A stretch of DNA of 64,000 bases, from assembly GCF_022846255.1 (NCBI RefSeq), contig NZ_AP025682.1; one strand, 5' to 3'. Origin of the DNA: Escherichia coli (lineage in GTDB: Bacteria > Pseudomonadota > Gammaproteobacteria > Enterobacterales > Enterobacteriaceae). Of this stretch, positions 1 through 13,235 are shown one piece after another (position 1 is the first letter of the stretch; every line of letters begins with the position of its first letter). The notes under the pieces were generated by a model. The model searched no databases, was not told where the DNA came from, and saw only the letters and a list, made by a program, of their open reading frames with translations. The translations under genes and the position numbers were made by a program.

Positions 1-1
1 G

Positions 2-877
2 AAATATATCGCTCTCGATCTCTCGCTACCACTGGGCAACTGGTTTAGCGCAGGGATGACCCATCAAAACGGCTACACCATGGCAAACCTGTCAGCACGC
101 AAACAGTTTGATGAAGGAACCATTCGCACTGTTGGTGCCAATCTGTCACGAGCCATCTCCGGCGATACCGGTGATGACAAAACCCTCAGCGGTGGGGCGT
201 ATGCACAGTTCGACGCTCGTTACGCCAGCGGAACGCTGAACGTCAATAGCGCGGCGGACGGCTACATCAATACCAATTTGACCGCCAACGGCAGCGTCGG
301 CTGGCAGGGTAAAAACATCGCTGCCAGCGGGCGGACCGATGGCAACGCTGGGGTGATATTCGACACTGGCCTGGAGAACGATGGTCAGATCAGCGCCAAA
401 ATCAACGGGCGGATTTTCCCGCTTAACGGCAAGCGTAACTATCTCCCGCTCTCTCCCTATGGAAGATATGAGGTGGAGTTGCAGAACAGCAAAAACTCAC
501 TCGACAGTTACGATATCGTCAGCGGTCGCAAAAGTCATCTGACTCTCTATCCAGGCAATGTCGCTGTCATTGAGCCAGAGGTGAAGCAGATGGTTACCGT
601 CTCCGGTCGTATCCGTGCGGAAGACGGCACACTGCTGGCTAACGCACGGATTAACAACCATATCGGCCGAACCCGAACCGATGAAAACGGCGAGTTTGTC
701 ATGGACGTGGATAAGAAATACCCCACTATCGATTTTCGCTACAGTGGCAATAAAACCTGCGAAGTGGCACTGGAACTCAACCAGGCGCGCGGTGCCGTCT
801 GGGTCGGTGATGTGGTCTGCAGCGGCCTCTCATCGTGGGCGGCGGTGACGCAGACAGGAGAAGAGAATGAGAGTTAA
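2..877 (+). CDS. ecpC: Fimbrial usher EcpC (MatD/YagX), C-terminal part; start lies upstream of the window
   Basis: Frame is open from window start to stop at 877; followed directly by ecpD and ecpE in the conserved ecp order; sequence recognised as the usher C-terminus. Confidence 0.8.
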   Translation, partial: KYIALDLSLPLGNWFSAGMTHQNGYTMANLSARKQFDEGTIRTVGANLSRAISGDTGDDKTLSGGAYAQFDARYASGTLNVNSAADGYINTNLTANGSVGWQGKNIAASGRTDGNAGVIFDTGLENDGQISAKINGRIFPLNGKRNYLPLSPYGRYEVELQNSKNSLDSYDIVSGRKSHLTLYPGNVAVIEPEVKQMVTVSGRIRAEDGTLLANARINNHIGRTRTDENGEFVMDVDKKYPTIDFRYSGNKTCEVALELNQARGAVWVGDVVCSGLSSWAAVTQTGEENES

Positions 878-2510
878 CCTACTGATAGCGATGATAATCT
901 TTGCGCTAATCTGGCCTGCAACCGCGCTCAGAGCGGCAGTGAGCAAAACAACCTGGGCGGATGCTCCGGCACGCGAGTTTGTGTTTGTCGAAAACAACTC
1001 AGACGACAACTTTTTCGTCACTCCTGGCGGGGCGCTGGATCCGCGCCTGACCGGTGCCAACCGCTGGACCGGTTTAAAATACAATGGTTCAGGAACCATC
1101 TATCAGCAAAGCCTCGGCTACATTGATAACGGTTACAACACCGGCCTTTATACCAACTGGAAGTTTGATATGTGGCTGGAAAATTCACCAGTTTCATCTC
1201 CTTTAACTGGCTTGCGCTGCATCAACTGGTACGCAGGGTGTAATATGACCACCAGTCTTATCCTGCCGCAAACCACCGACGCCAGTGGATTTTATGGCGC
1301 GACGGTGACCAGCGGCGGCGCGAAATGGATGCACGGCATGTTGTCAGACGCGTTTTACCAGTATCTGCAACAAATGCCCGTCGGCAGCAGCTTTACAATG
1401 ACCATCAATGCCTGCCAGACCTCTGTGAACTATGACGCCAGCAGCGGCGCACGCTGTAAGGATCAGGCCTCCGGCAACTGGTATGTTCGCAACGTCACCC
1501 ATACGAAAGCAGCAAATCTGCGGTTGATAAATACCCACTCGCTGGCGGAAGTATTTATCAACAGCGACGGAGTTCCGACTCTGGGCGAAGGGAACGCCGA
1601 CTGCCGGACGCAAACCATCGGCAGTCGTTCAGGATTAAGTTGTAAGATGGTTAACTATACCCTGCAAACAAACGGACTCAGCAACACCTCAATCCATATA
1701 TTCCCGGCGATCGCCAACTCGTCGTTAGCCTCGGCCGTCGGGGCGTACGATATGCAGTTCAGTCTGAATGGCAGTTCATGGAAACCGGTGAGCAATACTG
1801 CCTATTACTACACCTTCAACGAGATGAAGAGCGCAGACTCGATCTATGTTTTCTTCTCGAGCAACTTCTTTAAACAGATGGTGAACCTCGGGATCAGCGA
1901 TATCAACACCAAAGATCTATTCAACTTTCGCTTTCAGAACACCACATCACCGGAGTCTGGCTGGTATGAATTTTCTACCTCCAACACGCTGATTATCAAA
2001 CCCCGTGATTTCAGCATCAGTATTATCTCCGATGAATATACTCAGACACCGTCGCGGGAGGGATATGTCGGCAGCGGCGAGTCGGCACTCGATTTCGGCT
2101 ATATCGTAACCACCAGCGGTAAAACAGCTGCCGACGAAGTGCTGATCAAGGTGACCGGACCCGCGCAGGTGATTGGCGGGCGCTCCTATTGTGTCTTCAG
2201 CTCCGATGACGGTAAGGCTAAAGTACCGTTCCCGGCGACGCTTTCCTTTATTACCCGCAACGGAGCTACAAAAACCTACGATGCCGGGTGCGATGATAGC
2301 TGGCGGGATATGACCGATGCGCTGTGGTTGACCACACCGTGGACTGATATCTCTGGCGAAGTGGGGCAGATGGATAAGACCACAGTCAAATTTTCGATTC
2401 CAATGGATAACGCCATTTCTCTGCGTACGGTAGATGATAACGGCTGGTTTGGCGAAGTCAGCGCTTCAGGAGAGATTCATGTTCAGGCGACGTGGCGTAA
2501 CATTAACTAA
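867..2510 (+). CDS. ecpD: E. coli common pilus tip adhesin EcpD (YagW), 547 aa
   Basis: Full-length ORF with signal-peptide-like N-terminus ([20 protein letters not shown]); length and sequence match EcpD as I recall it. Confidence 0.9.
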   Translation: MRVNLLIAMIIFALIWPATALRAAVSKTTWADAPAREFVFVENNSDDNFFVTPGGALDPRLTGANRWTGLKYNGSGTIYQQSLGYIDNGYNTGLYTNWKFDMWLENSPVSSPLTGLRCINWYAGCNMTTSLILPQTTDASGFYGATVTSGGAKWMHGMLSDAFYQYLQQMPVGSSFTMTINACQTSVNYDASSGARCKDQASGNWYVRNVTHTKAANLRLINTHSLAEVFINSDGVPTLGEGNADCRTQTIGSRSGLSCKMVNYTLQTNGLSNTSIHIFPAIANSSLASAVGAYDMQFSLNGSSWKPVSNTAYYYTFNEMKSADSIYVFFSSNFFKQMVNLGISDINTKDLFNFRFQNTTSPESGWYEFSTSNTLIIKPRDFSISIISDEYTQTPSREGYVGSGESALDFGYIVTTSGKTAADEVLIKVTGPAQVIGGRSYCVFSSDDGKAKVPFPATLSFITRNGATKTYDAGCDDSWRDMTDALWLTTPWTDISGEVGQMDKTTVKFSIPMDNAISLRTVDDNGWFGEVSASGEIHVQATWRNIN

Positions 2511-3189
2511 GGCCCTGCTGACAGTGGTCTGTATGCTGGCGGCACCTTTGACACAGGCGATTTCGGTCGGCAATCTGACTTTTTCACTGCCGTCCGAGAC
2601 TGACTTTGTCAGCAAACGTGTCGTGAATAACAACAAAAGCGCGCGGATATACCGTATTGCCATCAGTGCTATTGATAGCCCGGGCAGCAGTGAATTGCGC
2701 ACCCGACCGGTGGATGGTGAACTACTTTTCGCCCCCCGCCAGCTGGCGTTGCAGGCTGGTGAGAGCGAGTATTTTAAATTTTACTATCATGGTCCACGGG
2801 ATAACCGCGAGCGCTACTACCGGGTCTCATTTCGCGAGGTCCCCACTCGTAACCTGACAAAACGCAGCCCAACCGGCGGTGAGGTCAGCACGGAGCCGGT
2901 GGTGGTGATGGATACCATTCTGGTAGTACGACCACGTCAGGTTCAGTTTAAATGGTCCTTCGATCAGGTGACCGGAACGGTAAGTAACACCGGCAACACG
3001 TGGTTTAAGCTACTGATTAAACCAGGATGTGATTCGACCGAAGAGGAAGGCGATGCCTGGTATCTACGTCCGGGAGACGTGGTTCATCAGCCTGAGTTAC
3101 GTCAGCCGGGGAATCATTATCTGGTCTATAACGACAAATTCATTAAGATTAGCGATTCCTGTCCGGCTAAGCCCCCTTCGGCGGACTAA
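2479..3189 (+). CDS. ecpE: Fimbrial chaperone EcpE (YagV), about 236 aa
   Basis: Start chosen at [14 protein letters not shown] (ORF track begins 15 codons earlier); overlaps ecpD end by 32 nt. Confidence 0.85.
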   Translation: MFRRRGVTLTKALLTVVCMLAAPLTQAISVGNLTFSLPSETDFVSKRVVNNNKSARIYRIAISAIDSPGSSELRTRPVDGELLFAPRQLALQAGESEYFKFYYHGPRDNRERYYRVSFREVPTRNLTKRSPTGGEVSTEPVVVMDTILVVRPRQVQFKWSFDQVTGTVSNTGNTWFKLLIKPGCDSTEEEGDAWYLRPGDVVHQPELRQPGNHYLVYNDKFIKISDSCPAKPPSAD

Positions 3190-3501
3190 GACTTATCCAT
3201 CAGACGAGGGAAGAATTCCACCTCAGAGACTCAAAAATCGTTTAAATGATGTGGAAGCGATCGTCAATGTCACCTGTAACGATGAGCTTTCTCATATGCA
3301 CACCACAGTGTTCAGGAGACACGGAAAGGTACCAGGCGGCCTGCTAACGAGTGGTTTCTTCACTAATTAGGACGTAAAATCGGTAACGGCTGGAAATCAT
3401 TCAATACTCACACTATCGAAAGTACACCAGCCAACCGAGATACGTCCCTGCATACGACGTACCGCAGTTATCTTTACGATTTATAGCTGTACTGGTGAAT
3501 T

Positions 3502-3831
3502 ATGAGCAATCTGAATCCATGCATGACGTGTGGTGCCTGTTGTGCATTTTTCCGCGTCTCTTTTTACTGGGCCGAAGCCGACGATGCTGGCGGTACCATT
3601 CCCGCCAGGCTCACTGAACAAATATCCCCTTTTCACCGATGCATGAGCGGTACTAATCAGAAAAATCCCCGATGTATTGCCCTTGCAGGAACACCGGGCA
3701 AAAATGCCTGCTGCACGATATATGAAAATCGATCGTCCACATGCAGAGAATTCGCCATGTCTGGTGAGAACGGAGAAGTCAATGAGGCTTGCAATCGTGC
3801 AAGAGCTAAATACGGGCTAACACCGTTATAA
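3502..3831 (+). CDS. ykgJ: YkgJ, small Cys-rich protein (UPF0153, putative metal-binding), 109 aa
   Basis: Cys-rich motifs ([22 protein letters not shown]); K-12 neighbour of yagU and ecpE. Confidence 0.8.
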   Translation: MSNLNPCMTCGACCAFFRVSFYWAEADDAGGTIPARLTEQISPFHRCMSGTNQKNPRCIALAGTPGKNACCTIYENRSSTCREFAMSGENGEVNEACNRARAKYGLTPL

Positions 3832-4079
3832 ATATACAATAATTAATTGCATTGCCCCGCCAGCTGTAATAGCGGGGCTTCGTTTTTCAGGGACAACAAA
3901 ACCTGAAACTTCTTCCATTTTCCAGCAACAATGCCTCTTCTTCTGTAGCGTTCTCCGGATCTACATCATCCTGAAGTAGCGCGATATGATCACTGACTGT
4001 CCGCATCAGAATATGAAAAGCAACGTTTTTAACCTATAAAAATGGCGCTATATTTGCGCCATTTTTATCATTCAAAGCA

Positions 4080-4694
4080 TTATCTATTTGAGCCTAAAGG
4101 GATCTCAGGATCTGGCTCATGGGTAATTCTGTTTCGTAAATCTCTGCGAATAATTTCAATAGACCAGAACCAGACTAAATGTCCAAAAATTTCAGAGACA
4201 TTCTCATACCACGGAAGCTCAAAGAGAGGTGGCGTAAGTCCCATGAGAGGGAATGAAATCATATGAACAAAAAGTTGCGCTAAAGCACCTGCCAGTAAGC
4301 CCTGCCAAAGTTTAATTTTCGGAAATACTTCGGCGACCACACAGTAACCAACGGCAAAAACTATCGAAAAGATTATGTGCGTTACACCAACCCAGTTAAA
4401 GACATGCCCGGCGAAGGTATAAACAGCCGAATTTGGATCTGTCAGTCCCAACCAATCCCGAAGAAAAATGTACGGAGGATTGAGAAAGTTACGGGAGCAA
4501 TCAATTTGGCCTGCAGCCCTGATTAATGATTCCGGACCACACGCTGCATTAAACATATCAACCGGACTACGTGGTGGCAATGGAACTTCTGCCCCCCACT
4601 TAACAAATGCGGAAACAACGCCAGCAATCAGCCCAATGAATGCAGCAAGACCATAACGTCTGCGGTTTGGTGGAGTTTGTTCAAATATATTCAT
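4080..4694 (-). CDS. yagU: Inner-membrane protein YagU (DUF1440), 204 aa
   Basis: Full-length ORF with hydrophobic segments; sequence recognised as YagU. Confidence 0.85.
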   Translation of the reverse strand: MNIFEQTPPNRRRYGLAAFIGLIAGVVSAFVKWGAEVPLPPRSPVDMFNAACGPESLIRAAGQIDCSRNFLNPPYIFLRDWLGLTDPNSAVYTFAGHVFNWVGVTHIIFSIVFAVGYCVVAEVFPKIKLWQGLLAGALAQLFVHMISFPLMGLTPPLFELPWYENVSEIFGHLVWFWSIEIIRRDLRNRITHEPDPEIPLGSNR

Positions 4695-5082
4695 ATCTAC
4701 CCTGCTTGTACCATTATGTTATACACCTCTTTAGGAGTATTCATAAAACAAGGCAAATGTAAAGAACTGTATTGTTTTGTATAACCACATGGTTACCTAA
4801 TCGCCAATTAATATAAGCTCCATTATTTCTCCATATTTTTATGTTAGAAGTGACAAGGAGAAATGTAATGTTTCTCTCAGAGAATATAAATCATTCCTTT
4901 TGCCCACCTTAATGGTGGGCTTTTTTATGCAAAACCTGAACGTCCTGTGGTATTCCTCTGGCATAATGATTTTCGCGATTAACCAACAACCAGACCAGCA
5001 AAGACGCCACCACAAGCACAGCAACATCCATCAGGCTTGCCACACCCCATGCGTGCGGCTCAAAGCCGCCATGGCATATTAA

Positions 5083-5229
5083 TCCGCTTGCCATTTTCGA
5101 ACAGCTGATTGGTTTAGTCCGGTGTTTCCCTGCTTGCACTTAAAAATGAGCGGATGGGAAACTCTCGAAATGGTTCGTCGATATGCTCACCTCGCACCTA
5201 ATCACCTTACCGAACACGCACGGTAAATA
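5083..5229 (+). pseudogene. 3' remnant of a tyrosine-recombinase (phage-type integrase) gene, about 48 codons, no start
   Basis: Translates to ...[27 protein letters not shown], the typical integrase C-terminus with the RYAHL catalytic-Tyr region; bounded upstream by an in-frame stop; ends 85 bp from the thrW 3' end. Confidence 0.5.
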
Positions 5230-5314
5230 GATTCGATCCTGAACCCATCGGTCCCAAATCTGTCCCAATAAAAAATAAGGAAGGTATTAGTGATGTGTAA
5301 CTTATTGATTTAAA

Positions 5315-5390
5315 TGGTGCCGATAAGAGGAGTCGAACCTCCGACCTTCGCATTACGAATGCGCTGCTCTACCAACTGAGCTATATCGGC
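5315..5390 (-). tRNA. thrW: tRNA-Thr (anticodon CGU)
   Basis: Reverse complement reads GCCGATATAGCTCAGTTGGTAGAGCAGCGCATTCGTAATGCGAAGGTCGGAGGTTCGACTCCTCTTATCGGCACCA: cloverleaf-compatible, CGT anticodon, 3' CCA; sits next to proA as thrW does in K-12. Confidence 0.95.
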
Positions 5391-5504
5391 CCTGAAAGGA
5401 CATGTTCACGAACGTGAATCACGGTGGACAAGGTTAAAACTAACCGGGCGATGCGTCAATGGCCTTGTGAATCAAATGGCTACTTTTGCATCACCCGGTT
5501 TTAT

Positions 5505-6758
5505 TTACGCACGAATGGTGTAATCACCAATGCCGATCCACTTGTAAGTGGTCAGTGCTTCCAGCCCCATTGGGCCACGCGCGTGGAGTTTTTGTGTGCT
5601 TACCGCCACTTCCGCACCCAGTCCAAACTGGCCGCCGTCGGTAAACCGCGTAGAGGCGTTAACGTAAACAGCGGACGAATCCACTTCGTTAACAAAACGC
5701 TGGGCGTTGCGCATATCGCGGGTCAGGATCGCATCGGAGTGTTGTGTGCCGTGTTCACGAATATGGGCGATGGCATCGTCAAGATCGCTGACGATTTTGA
5801 CGTTCAAATCTAATGACAGAAACTCATCGTCATACTCTTCCGCTTTAACAGCCACCACCTTCGCGGGGCCTGTCTGCAACTGCGCCAGCGCAGCTGCATC
5901 TGCGTGTAATGTCACGCCGCTTTCCGCCATTTGTTTGCTTAATGCGGGCAGGAAGCTATCGGCGATGTTTTTATTTACCAGCAACGTTTCTACCGTATTA
6001 CATGTGCTCGGACGCTGAGTTTTCGCGTTGACAATTACTTTCAGGGCTTCAGCGATCTCTGCACTTTCATCAACGTAAATATGGCATACGCCTATACCGC
6101 CTGTGATCACCGGGATTGTCGACTGTTCGCGGCACAGCTTATGCAGCCCAGCGCCACCACGCGGGATCAGCATGTCGATGTATTTATCCATACGCAGCAT
6201 TTCACTGACCAGCGCGCGGTCAGGATTATCAATCGCCTGCACGGCACCCGCCGGTAAGCCACAGGATTTCAGGGCGTCCTGAATCACCGCCACCGTTGCA
6301 GCGTTAGTGCGACAGGTTTCTTTGCCGCCGCGCAGGATCACCGCGTTACCCGTTTTCAGGCACAGCGAAGCGACATCAACCGTCACGTTCGGGCGAGCTT
6401 CATAAATCACGCCAATCACCCCCAGCGGCACGCGACGGCGCTCCAGACGCAGACCACTGTCCAGTACGCCGCCATCGATTACCTGCCCCACCGGATCGGC
6501 GAGATTGCACACCTGGCGCACATCGTCGGCAATGCCTTTCAGCCGTGCGGGCGTCAGTGCCAGACGGTCAAGCATCGCTTCGCTAAGGCCATTGGCACGC
6601 GCGTCTGCAACATCCTGCGCGTTAGCGTTGAGGATACTTTCGCTTTGTGCTTCCAGTTCATCGGCGATTTTTTCCAGCACACGATTTTTTTCGCGGCTGG
6701 AGAGTTGCGCTAATTTATACGAGGCTTGCTTCGCGGCAATGCCCATTTGTTCCAGCAT
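5505..6758 (-). CDS. proA: Gamma-glutamyl phosphate reductase, 417 aa
   Basis: Full-length match to ProA ([38 protein letters not shown]...). Confidence 0.97.
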   Translation of the reverse strand: MLEQMGIAAKQASYKLAQLSSREKNRVLEKIADELEAQSESILNANAQDVADARANGLSEAMLDRLALTPARLKGIADDVRQVCNLADPVGQVIDGGVLDSGLRLERRRVPLGVIGVIYEARPNVTVDVASLCLKTGNAVILRGGKETCRTNAATVAVIQDALKSCGLPAGAVQAIDNPDRALVSEMLRMDKYIDMLIPRGGAGLHKLCREQSTIPVITGGIGVCHIYVDESAEIAEALKVIVNAKTQRPSTCNTVETLLVNKNIADSFLPALSKQMAESGVTLHADAAALAQLQTGPAKVVAVKAEEYDDEFLSLDLNVKIVSDLDDAIAHIREHGTQHSDAILTRDMRNAQRFVNEVDSSAVYVNASTRFTDGGQFGLGAEVAVSTQKLHARGPMGLEALTTYKWIGIGDYTIRA

Positions 6759-6769
6759 CGGCCAGCTCC

Positions 6770-7873
6770 TTAACGGGTAATCATGTCATCACGGTGAACG
6801 GCAACCGGGCCGTATTCATATCCCAGTATTGCATCAATTTCTTGCGAGTGGTGTCCGGCAATACGGCGTAATGCATCGCTGTTGTAACGACTGACGCCGT
6901 GGGCGATATCGCGACCTTCGAGGTTGCAAATACGGATGACTTCACCACGCGAGAAATTGCCAGTCACGCTTTTAATGCCTTTCGGCAACAGGGAGCTGCC
7001 GCGTTCAAGAATGGCGGCAGTTGCCCCTTCATCTACCGTGATTTCACCCGCTGGCGGCGCACCGAAAATCCAGCGTTTACGGTTTTCAAGCGGAGTTGCC
7101 TGGGCATGGAACAGCGTACCCACGGAAATGCCTTCCATCACATCACCAATAACGCCCGGCTTGCTGCCCGCGGCAATAATGGTGTCGATACCCGCACGGC
7201 AAGCCACGTCCGCGGCCTGCAATTTGGTACTCATGCCGCCAGTTCCGAGGCCTGAAACGCTATCACCGGCAATCGCGCGCAGTGCGTCATCAATGCCGTA
7301 CACATCTTTAATCAGTTCTGCCTGCGGATTGCTGCGCGGGTCAGCGGTATACAAACCTTTTTGATCGGTCAGCAGCAACAGTTTATCGGCACCCGCCAGA
7401 ATCGCCGCCAGCGCAGAAAGGTTATCGTTATCACCGACCTTAATCTCTGCCGTAGCGACAGCATCGTTCTCATTAATTACCGGAACGATATTGTTATCGA
7501 GCAACGCACGCAGGGTATCGCGGGCGTTCAGGAAGCGTTCACGATCTTCCATATCAGCACGGGTCAGCAACATCTGCCCGACATGAATGCCGTAAATTGA
7601 AAACAGCTGTTCCCACAGTTGAATCAGTCGACTCTGCCCTACCGCCGCCAGCAATTGTTTCGAGGCGATAGTCGCAGGTAGTTCCGGGTAACCCAGGTGC
7701 TCACGTCCGGCGGCAATCGCGCCCGACGTCACAATAACAATCCGATGCCCGGCGGCATGTAACTGCGCGCACTGGCGAACGAGTTCAACAATATGGGCAC
7801 GGTTCAGGCGGCGCGATCCGCCTGTTAGCACACTGGTGCCGAGTTTTACCACCAGCGTCTGGCTGTCACTCAT
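6770..7873 (-). CDS. proB: Glutamate 5-kinase, 367 aa
   Basis: Start set at [16 protein letters not shown] (ORF track extends 29 codons upstream); immediately upstream of proA. Confidence 0.95.
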
Positions 7874-8061
7874 GATTCTCTGCCATTCAATTTTAGGAAA
7901 AATGATATCAAACGAACGTTTTAGCAGGACTGTCGTCGGTTGCCAACCATCTGCGAGCAAAGCATGGCGTTTTGTTGCGCGGGATCAGCAAGCGTAGCGG
8001 CAGTTGTTTACGCTTTTATTACAGATTTAATAAATTACCACATTTTAAGAATATTATTAAT

Positions 8062-8086
8062 CTGTAATATATCTTTAACAATCTCA
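8062..8086 (+). promoter_or_regulatory. Candidate PhoB-binding Pho box of the phoE promoter
   Basis: CTGTAATATATCTTTAACAATCTCAG, two CTGTAAT/TTTAACA-like half sites about 75-100 nt upstream of the phoE start codon. Confidence 0.45.
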
Positions 8087-8160
8087 GGTTAAAAACTTTC
8101 CTGTTTTCAACGGGACTCTCCCGCTGAATATTCGCGCGTTAATTAAAATCAGGAATGAAA

Positions 8161-9216
8161 ATGAAAAAGAGCACTCTGGCATTAGTGGTGATGGGCATTG
8201 TGGCATCTGCATCCGTACAGGCCGCAGAAATATATAACAAAGACGGTAATAAACTGGATGTCTATGGCAAAGTTAAAGCCATGCATTATATGAGTGATAA
8301 CGACAGTAAAGATGGCGACCAGAGTTATATCCGTTTTGGTTTTAAAGGCGAAACACAAATTAACGATCAACTGACTGGTTATGGTCGTTGGGAAGCAGAG
8401 TTTGCCGGTAATAAAGCGGAGAGTGATACTGCACAGCAAAAAACACGTCTCGCTTTTGCCGGGTTGAAATATAAAGATTTGGGTTCTTTCGATTATGGTC
8501 GTAACCTGGGCGCGCTGTATGACGTGGAAGCCTGGACCGATATGTTCCCGGAATTTGGTGGCGACTCCTCCGCACAGACCGACAACTTTATGACCAAACG
8601 CGCCAGCGGTCTGGCGACGTATCGGAACACCGAATTCTTCGGCGTTATCGATGGCCTGAACTTAACCCTGCAATATCAAGGGAAAAACGAAAACCGCGAC
8701 GTTAAAAAGCAAAACGGCGATGGCTTCGGCACGTCATTGACATATGACTTTGGTGGCAGCGATTTCGCCATCAGTGGAGCCTATACCAACTCTGATCGCA
8801 CCAACGAGCAGAACCTGCAAAGCCGTGGCACAGGCAAGCGTGCAGAAGCATGGGCAACAGGTCTGAAATACGATGCCAATAATATTTATCTGGCAACTTT
8901 CTATTCTGAAACACGCAAAATGACGCCAATAACTGGCGGCTTTGCCAATAAGACACAGAACTTTGAAGCGGTCGCCCAATACCAGTTTGACTTTGGTCTG
9001 CGTCCGTCGCTGGGTTATGTCTTATCGAAAGGGAAAGATATTGAAGGAATCGGTGATGAAGATCTGGTCAATTATATCGATGTTGGTGCTACGTATTATT
9101 TCAACAAAAATATGTCGGCATTTGTTGATTATAAAATAAACCAACTGGATAGCGATAATAAGCTGAACATCAATAATGATGATATTGTCGCGGTTGGCAT
9201 GACCTATCAGTTTTAA
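8161..9216 (+). CDS. phoE: Phosphate-starvation outer membrane porin PhoE, 351 aa
   Basis: Start at [21 protein letters not shown] (signal peptide); C-terminal ...VAVGMTYQF typical of porins. Confidence 0.95.
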   Translation: MKKSTLALVVMGIVASASVQAAEIYNKDGNKLDVYGKVKAMHYMSDNDSKDGDQSYIRFGFKGETQINDQLTGYGRWEAEFAGNKAESDTAQQKTRLAFAGLKYKDLGSFDYGRNLGALYDVEAWTDMFPEFGGDSSAQTDNFMTKRASGLATYRNTEFFGVIDGLNLTLQYQGKNENRDVKKQNGDGFGTSLTYDFGGSDFAISGAYTNSDRTNEQNLQSRGTGKRAEAWATGLKYDANNIYLATFYSETRKMTPITGGFANKTQNFEAVAQYQFDFGLRPSLGYVLSKGKDIEGIGDEDLVNYIDVGATYYFNKNMSAFVDYKINQLDSDNKLNINNDDIVAVGMTYQF

Positions 9217-9223
9217 TGGATAT

Positions 9224-9246
9224 TGCCGGATGTGATGCATCCGGCA
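9224..9246. terminator. Hairpin between convergent phoE and crl, possible terminator
   Basis: GCCGGATG-tgatg-CATCCGGC perfect 8-bp stem; no strong U-run, so low confidence. Confidence 0.3.
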
Positions 9247-9254
9247 CATTTCAC

Positions 9255-9713
<459 letters not shown>

Positions 9714-10958
9714 TTAACACAACCGTTTTTCGATCCAGTCTGTGATTTCCTGAAGGCCTTTGTCAAAATTCCGATACACCGGGTTAAATGGGATCTCTAA
9801 TAATTTACCGTCAGCAGATGACGACGTGATTAAGCGTGAGTCCTCTTCCGGGCTGAACGGATCGTTCTTCCAGTAGCCTGATAACATTGGCGTTGGGCAG
9901 CGACGTCCCAGCAATCCTTGCACTTTTAATGAATAGCGATTCAACTCCACGCGCAACGCTTCATCGGAAGCATCATGCATCCCTAAACGACTGGCCAGAA
10001 CGTCAAGATACATTTCCGGCACCTGTTGCTGGCACTTAAAATCACTCAACAGGGTATGAACTACCGGACCAAGACAGGCAACCACTTTCAGACGCGGCGA
10101 TTCAAGGTATGCCAGACGCACGGCAACGTTAGCGCCGAAACGGAAACCAAAGGCCGCGACGCGAGTGTGATCCACCCACGGTACGTTAGGCAGCGCCTTT
10201 AAAACGTGCTGATGCAACAGGCTGGAGTCCTGGGTGAGCTTCCATTTTGAAGAAAAGCCCACCGACGGCATATCAATAGTCAGCATAGCAATGCCGCGCG
10301 GCGCAAAATAACGTTCATACAGGCTGTAATAGTCCGTCTGCATCGCATCCAGACCACCACACATTAATACTGTCGGGAACGGGCCATCGCCTTTCGGCAT
10401 ATGCAAAAAGCCGGTGATGGGCGCACCGCCGGGTACGGTAAACTCCATCTGCCGCATCGTGCCCGGCAGACGCTGAGCGGCCTCTTCATAGGCGCGGTTT
10501 GACAAAGCCTGCGCTTGCTCGGCCAGGTCATCTCCTTTCAGATGAGGATAGGCAGCAATGTTGTACAACGTAGCCGCATGCAGCCAGTGTCGACCGCTGA
10601 GTTGCGGATCTTCTTCCGCACAGGCTTTTTGTTGCCACACCATCGCCTGGGTAGCCCACTCATAAATCCAGTTGCCGCCGCGGTAGCCAATCACCGTATC
10701 GTATAAATCATCGTCGGTACGTTCGGCATCGCTCATCACAATACGCGCCTGGACATCGAGGATTTCACGTGGGTCAATGCCGCGCCAGATCCACATCAGA
10801 CGGTTAATCATGCGATACCAGTGAGGGATGGTTTTACCATCAAGGGCCGACTGCACAGGCAGTTGTGCGCCGTGACTAAAGCGGCGGACTAGCGTCGAGG
10901 TTTCAGGATGTTTAAAGCGGGGTTTGAACAGGGTTTCGCTCAGGTTTGCCTGTGTCAT
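9714..10958 (-). CDS. frsA: Esterase FrsA (alpha/beta hydrolase), 414 aa
   Basis: Full-length ORF recognised as FrsA. Confidence 0.93.
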   Translation of the reverse strand: MTQANLSETLFKPRFKHPETSTLVRRFSHGAQLPVQSALDGKTIPHWYRMINRLMWIWRGIDPREILDVQARIVMSDAERTDDDLYDTVIGYRGGNWIYEWATQAMVWQQKACAEEDPQLSGRHWLHAATLYNIAAYPHLKGDDLAEQAQALSNRAYEEAAQRLPGTMRQMEFTVPGGAPITGFLHMPKGDGPFPTVLMCGGLDAMQTDYYSLYERYFAPRGIAMLTIDMPSVGFSSKWKLTQDSSLLHQHVLKALPNVPWVDHTRVAAFGFRFGANVAVRLAYLESPRLKVVACLGPVVHTLLSDFKCQQQVPEMYLDVLASRLGMHDASDEALRVELNRYSLKVQGLLGRRCPTPMLSGYWKNDPFSPEEDSRLITSSSADGKLLEIPFNPVYRNFDKGLQEITDWIEKRLC

Positions 10959-11049
10959 GGATGCAGCCTCCAGAATACTTACTGGAAACTATTGTAACCC
11001 GCCTGAAGTTAAAAAGAACAACGCCCGGCAGTGCCAGGCGTTGAAAAGA

Positions 11050-11508
11050 TTAGCGACCGGAGATTGGCGGGACGAATACGACGCCCATATCCCACGGCTG
11101 TTCGATCCAGGTATTTTGCGGAATATCAACAACATAATCATCAACCAGCGGACGACCGGCCGGTTTTGCGAAGATGGTGACAAAGTGCGCTTTTGGATAC
11201 ATTTCACGAATCGCAACCGCAGTACCACCGGTATCTACCAGGTCATCAATAACGATGAAGCCTTCGCCATCGCCTTCTGCGCGTTTCAGCACTTTAAGCT
11301 CGCGCTGGTTGTCGTGATCGTAGCTGGAAATACAAACGGTATCGACATGACGAATACCCAGTTCACGCGCCAGTAACGCACCCGGTACCAGACCGCCACG
11401 GCTTACGGCAATAATGCCTTTCCATTGTTCAGAAGGCATCAGTCGGCTTGCGAGTTTACGTGCATGGATCTGCAACATGTCCCAGGTGACGATGTATTTT
11501 TCGCTCAT
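11050..11508 (-). CDS. gpt: Xanthine-guanine phosphoribosyltransferase, 152 aa
   Basis: Full-length match ([50 protein letters not shown]...). Confidence 0.97.
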   Translation of the reverse strand: MSEKYIVTWDMLQIHARKLASRLMPSEQWKGIIAVSRGGLVPGALLARELGIRHVDTVCISSYDHDNQRELKVLKRAEGDGEGFIVIDDLVDTGGTAVAIREMYPKAHFVTIFAKPAGRPLVDDYVVDIPQNTWIEQPWDMGVVFVPPISGR

Positions 11509-11768
11509 GTGAAGTGTCCCAGCCTGTTTATCTACGGCTTAAAAAGTGTTCGAGGGGAAAATAGGTTGCGCGAGATTATAGAGATCTGGCGCACTAAAAA
11601 CCAGTATTTCACATGAGTCCGCGTCTTTTTACGCACTGCCTCTCCCTGACGCGGGATAAAGTGGTATTCTCAAACATATCTCGCAAGCCTGTCTTGTGTT
11701 GACAACATTTTCTGCTAACCCTGTGACCTGCAATACTGTTTTGCGGGTGATCGACAAGGAGACTTAAC

Positions 11769-13226
11769 GTGTCTGAACTGTCTCAATTATCTCCACAGCC
11801 GCTGTGGGATATTTTTGCCAAAATCTGTTCTATTCCTCACCCGTCCTATCATGAAGAGCAACTCGCTGAATACATTGTTGGTTGGGCAAAAGAGAAAGGT
11901 TTCCATGTCGAACGCGATCAGGTAGGTAATATCCTGATTCGTAAACCTGCTACCGCAGGTATGGAAAATCGTAAACCGGTCGTCTTGCAGGCCCACCTCG
12001 ATATGGTGCCGCAAAAAAATAACGACACCGTGCATGACTTCACCAAAGATCCTATCCAGCCTTATATTGATGGCGAATGGGTTAAAGCACGCGGCACCAC
12101 GCTGGGTGCGGATAACGGCATTGGTATGGCCTCTGCACTGGCGGTTCTGGCTGACGAAAACGTGGTTCACGGCCCGCTGGAAGTGCTGCTGACCATGACC
12201 GAAGAAGCCGGTATGGACGGTGCTTTTGGCTTACAGAGCAACTGGTTGCAGGCTGATATTCTGATTAACACCGACTCCGAAGAAGAAGGTGAAATCTACA
12301 TGGGTTGTGCGGGAGGTATCGACTTCACCTCCAACCTGCATTTAGATCGTGAAGCGGTTCCAGCTGGTTTTGAAACCTTCAAGTTAACCTTAAAAGGTCT
12401 GAAAGGCGGTCACTCCGGCGGTGAAATCCACGTTGGCCTGGGTAATGCCAACAAACTGTTGGTGCGCTTCCTGGCGGGTCATGCAGAAGAACTGGACCTG
12501 CGTCTTATTGATTTCAACGGCGGCACACTGCGTAACGCCATCCCGCGTGAAGCCTTTGCGACCATTGCTGTCGCAGCTGATAAAGTCGACACCCTGAAAT
12601 CTCTGGTGGATACCTATCAGGAGATCCTGAAAAACGAACTGGCAGAGAAAGAGAAAAATCTGGCATTGCTGCTGGACTCTGTTGCGAACGATAAAGCTGC
12701 CCTGATTGCGAAATCTCGCGATACCTTTATTCGTCTGCTGAACGCCACCCCGAACGGTGTGATCCGCAACTCCGACGTGGCAAAAGGTGTGGTCGAAACC
12801 TCCCTGAACGTCGGTGTGGTGACCATGACCGACAATAACGTAGAAATTCACTGCCTGATCCGTTCTCTGATCGACAGCGGTAAAGACTACGTAGTGAGCA
12901 TGCTGGATTCGCTGGGTAAACTGGCAGGTGCGAAAACCGAAGCAAAAGGCGCATATCCTGGCTGGCAGCCGGACGCTAACTCTCCGGTAATGCATCTGGT
13001 ACGTGAAACCTATCAGCGTCTGTTCAACAAAACGCCGAACATCCAGATTATCCACGCGGGCCTCGAATGTGGTCTGTTCAAAAAACCGTATCCGGAAATG
13101 GACATGGTGTCTATCGGGCCAACCATCACCGGTCCACACTCCCCGGATGAGCAAGTTCATATCGAAAGCGTTGGTCATTACTGGACGCTTCTGACTGAAC
13201 TGCTGAAAGAAATTCCGGCGAAGTAA
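11769..13226 (+). CDS. pepD: Cytosol non-specific dipeptidase (aminoacyl-histidine dipeptidase) PepD, 485 aa
   Basis: GTG start, full-length M20-family peptidase; divergent from gpt. Confidence 0.95.
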   Translation: MSELSQLSPQPLWDIFAKICSIPHPSYHEEQLAEYIVGWAKEKGFHVERDQVGNILIRKPATAGMENRKPVVLQAHLDMVPQKNNDTVHDFTKDPIQPYIDGEWVKARGTTLGADNGIGMASALAVLADENVVHGPLEVLLTMTEEAGMDGAFGLQSNWLQADILINTDSEEEGEIYMGCAGGIDFTSNLHLDREAVPAGFETFKLTLKGLKGGHSGGEIHVGLGNANKLLVRFLAGHAEELDLRLIDFNGGTLRNAIPREAFATIAVAADKVDTLKSLVDTYQEILKNELAEKEKNLALLLDSVANDKAALIAKSRDTFIRLLNATPNGVIRNSDVAKGVVETSLNVGVVTMTDNNVEIHCLIRSLIDSGKDYVVSMLDSLGKLAGAKTEAKGAYPGWQPDANSPVMHLVRETYQRLFNKTPNIQIIHAGLECGLFKKPYPEMDMVSIGPTITGPHSPDEQVHIESVGHYWTLLTELLKEIPAK

Positions 13227-13235
13227 TTATTTGAT

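Noticed and set aside
8155-8160. phoE start at 8155 (MKMKKST...)
   Set aside because: The second ATG (8161, MKKSTLAL...) matches the known PhoE signal peptide; the upstream ATG adds only two residues and is probably not the start
12390-13178. 262-aa ORF on the minus strand inside pepD
   Set aside because: Antisense to a well-supported full-length pepD; no recognisable protein features
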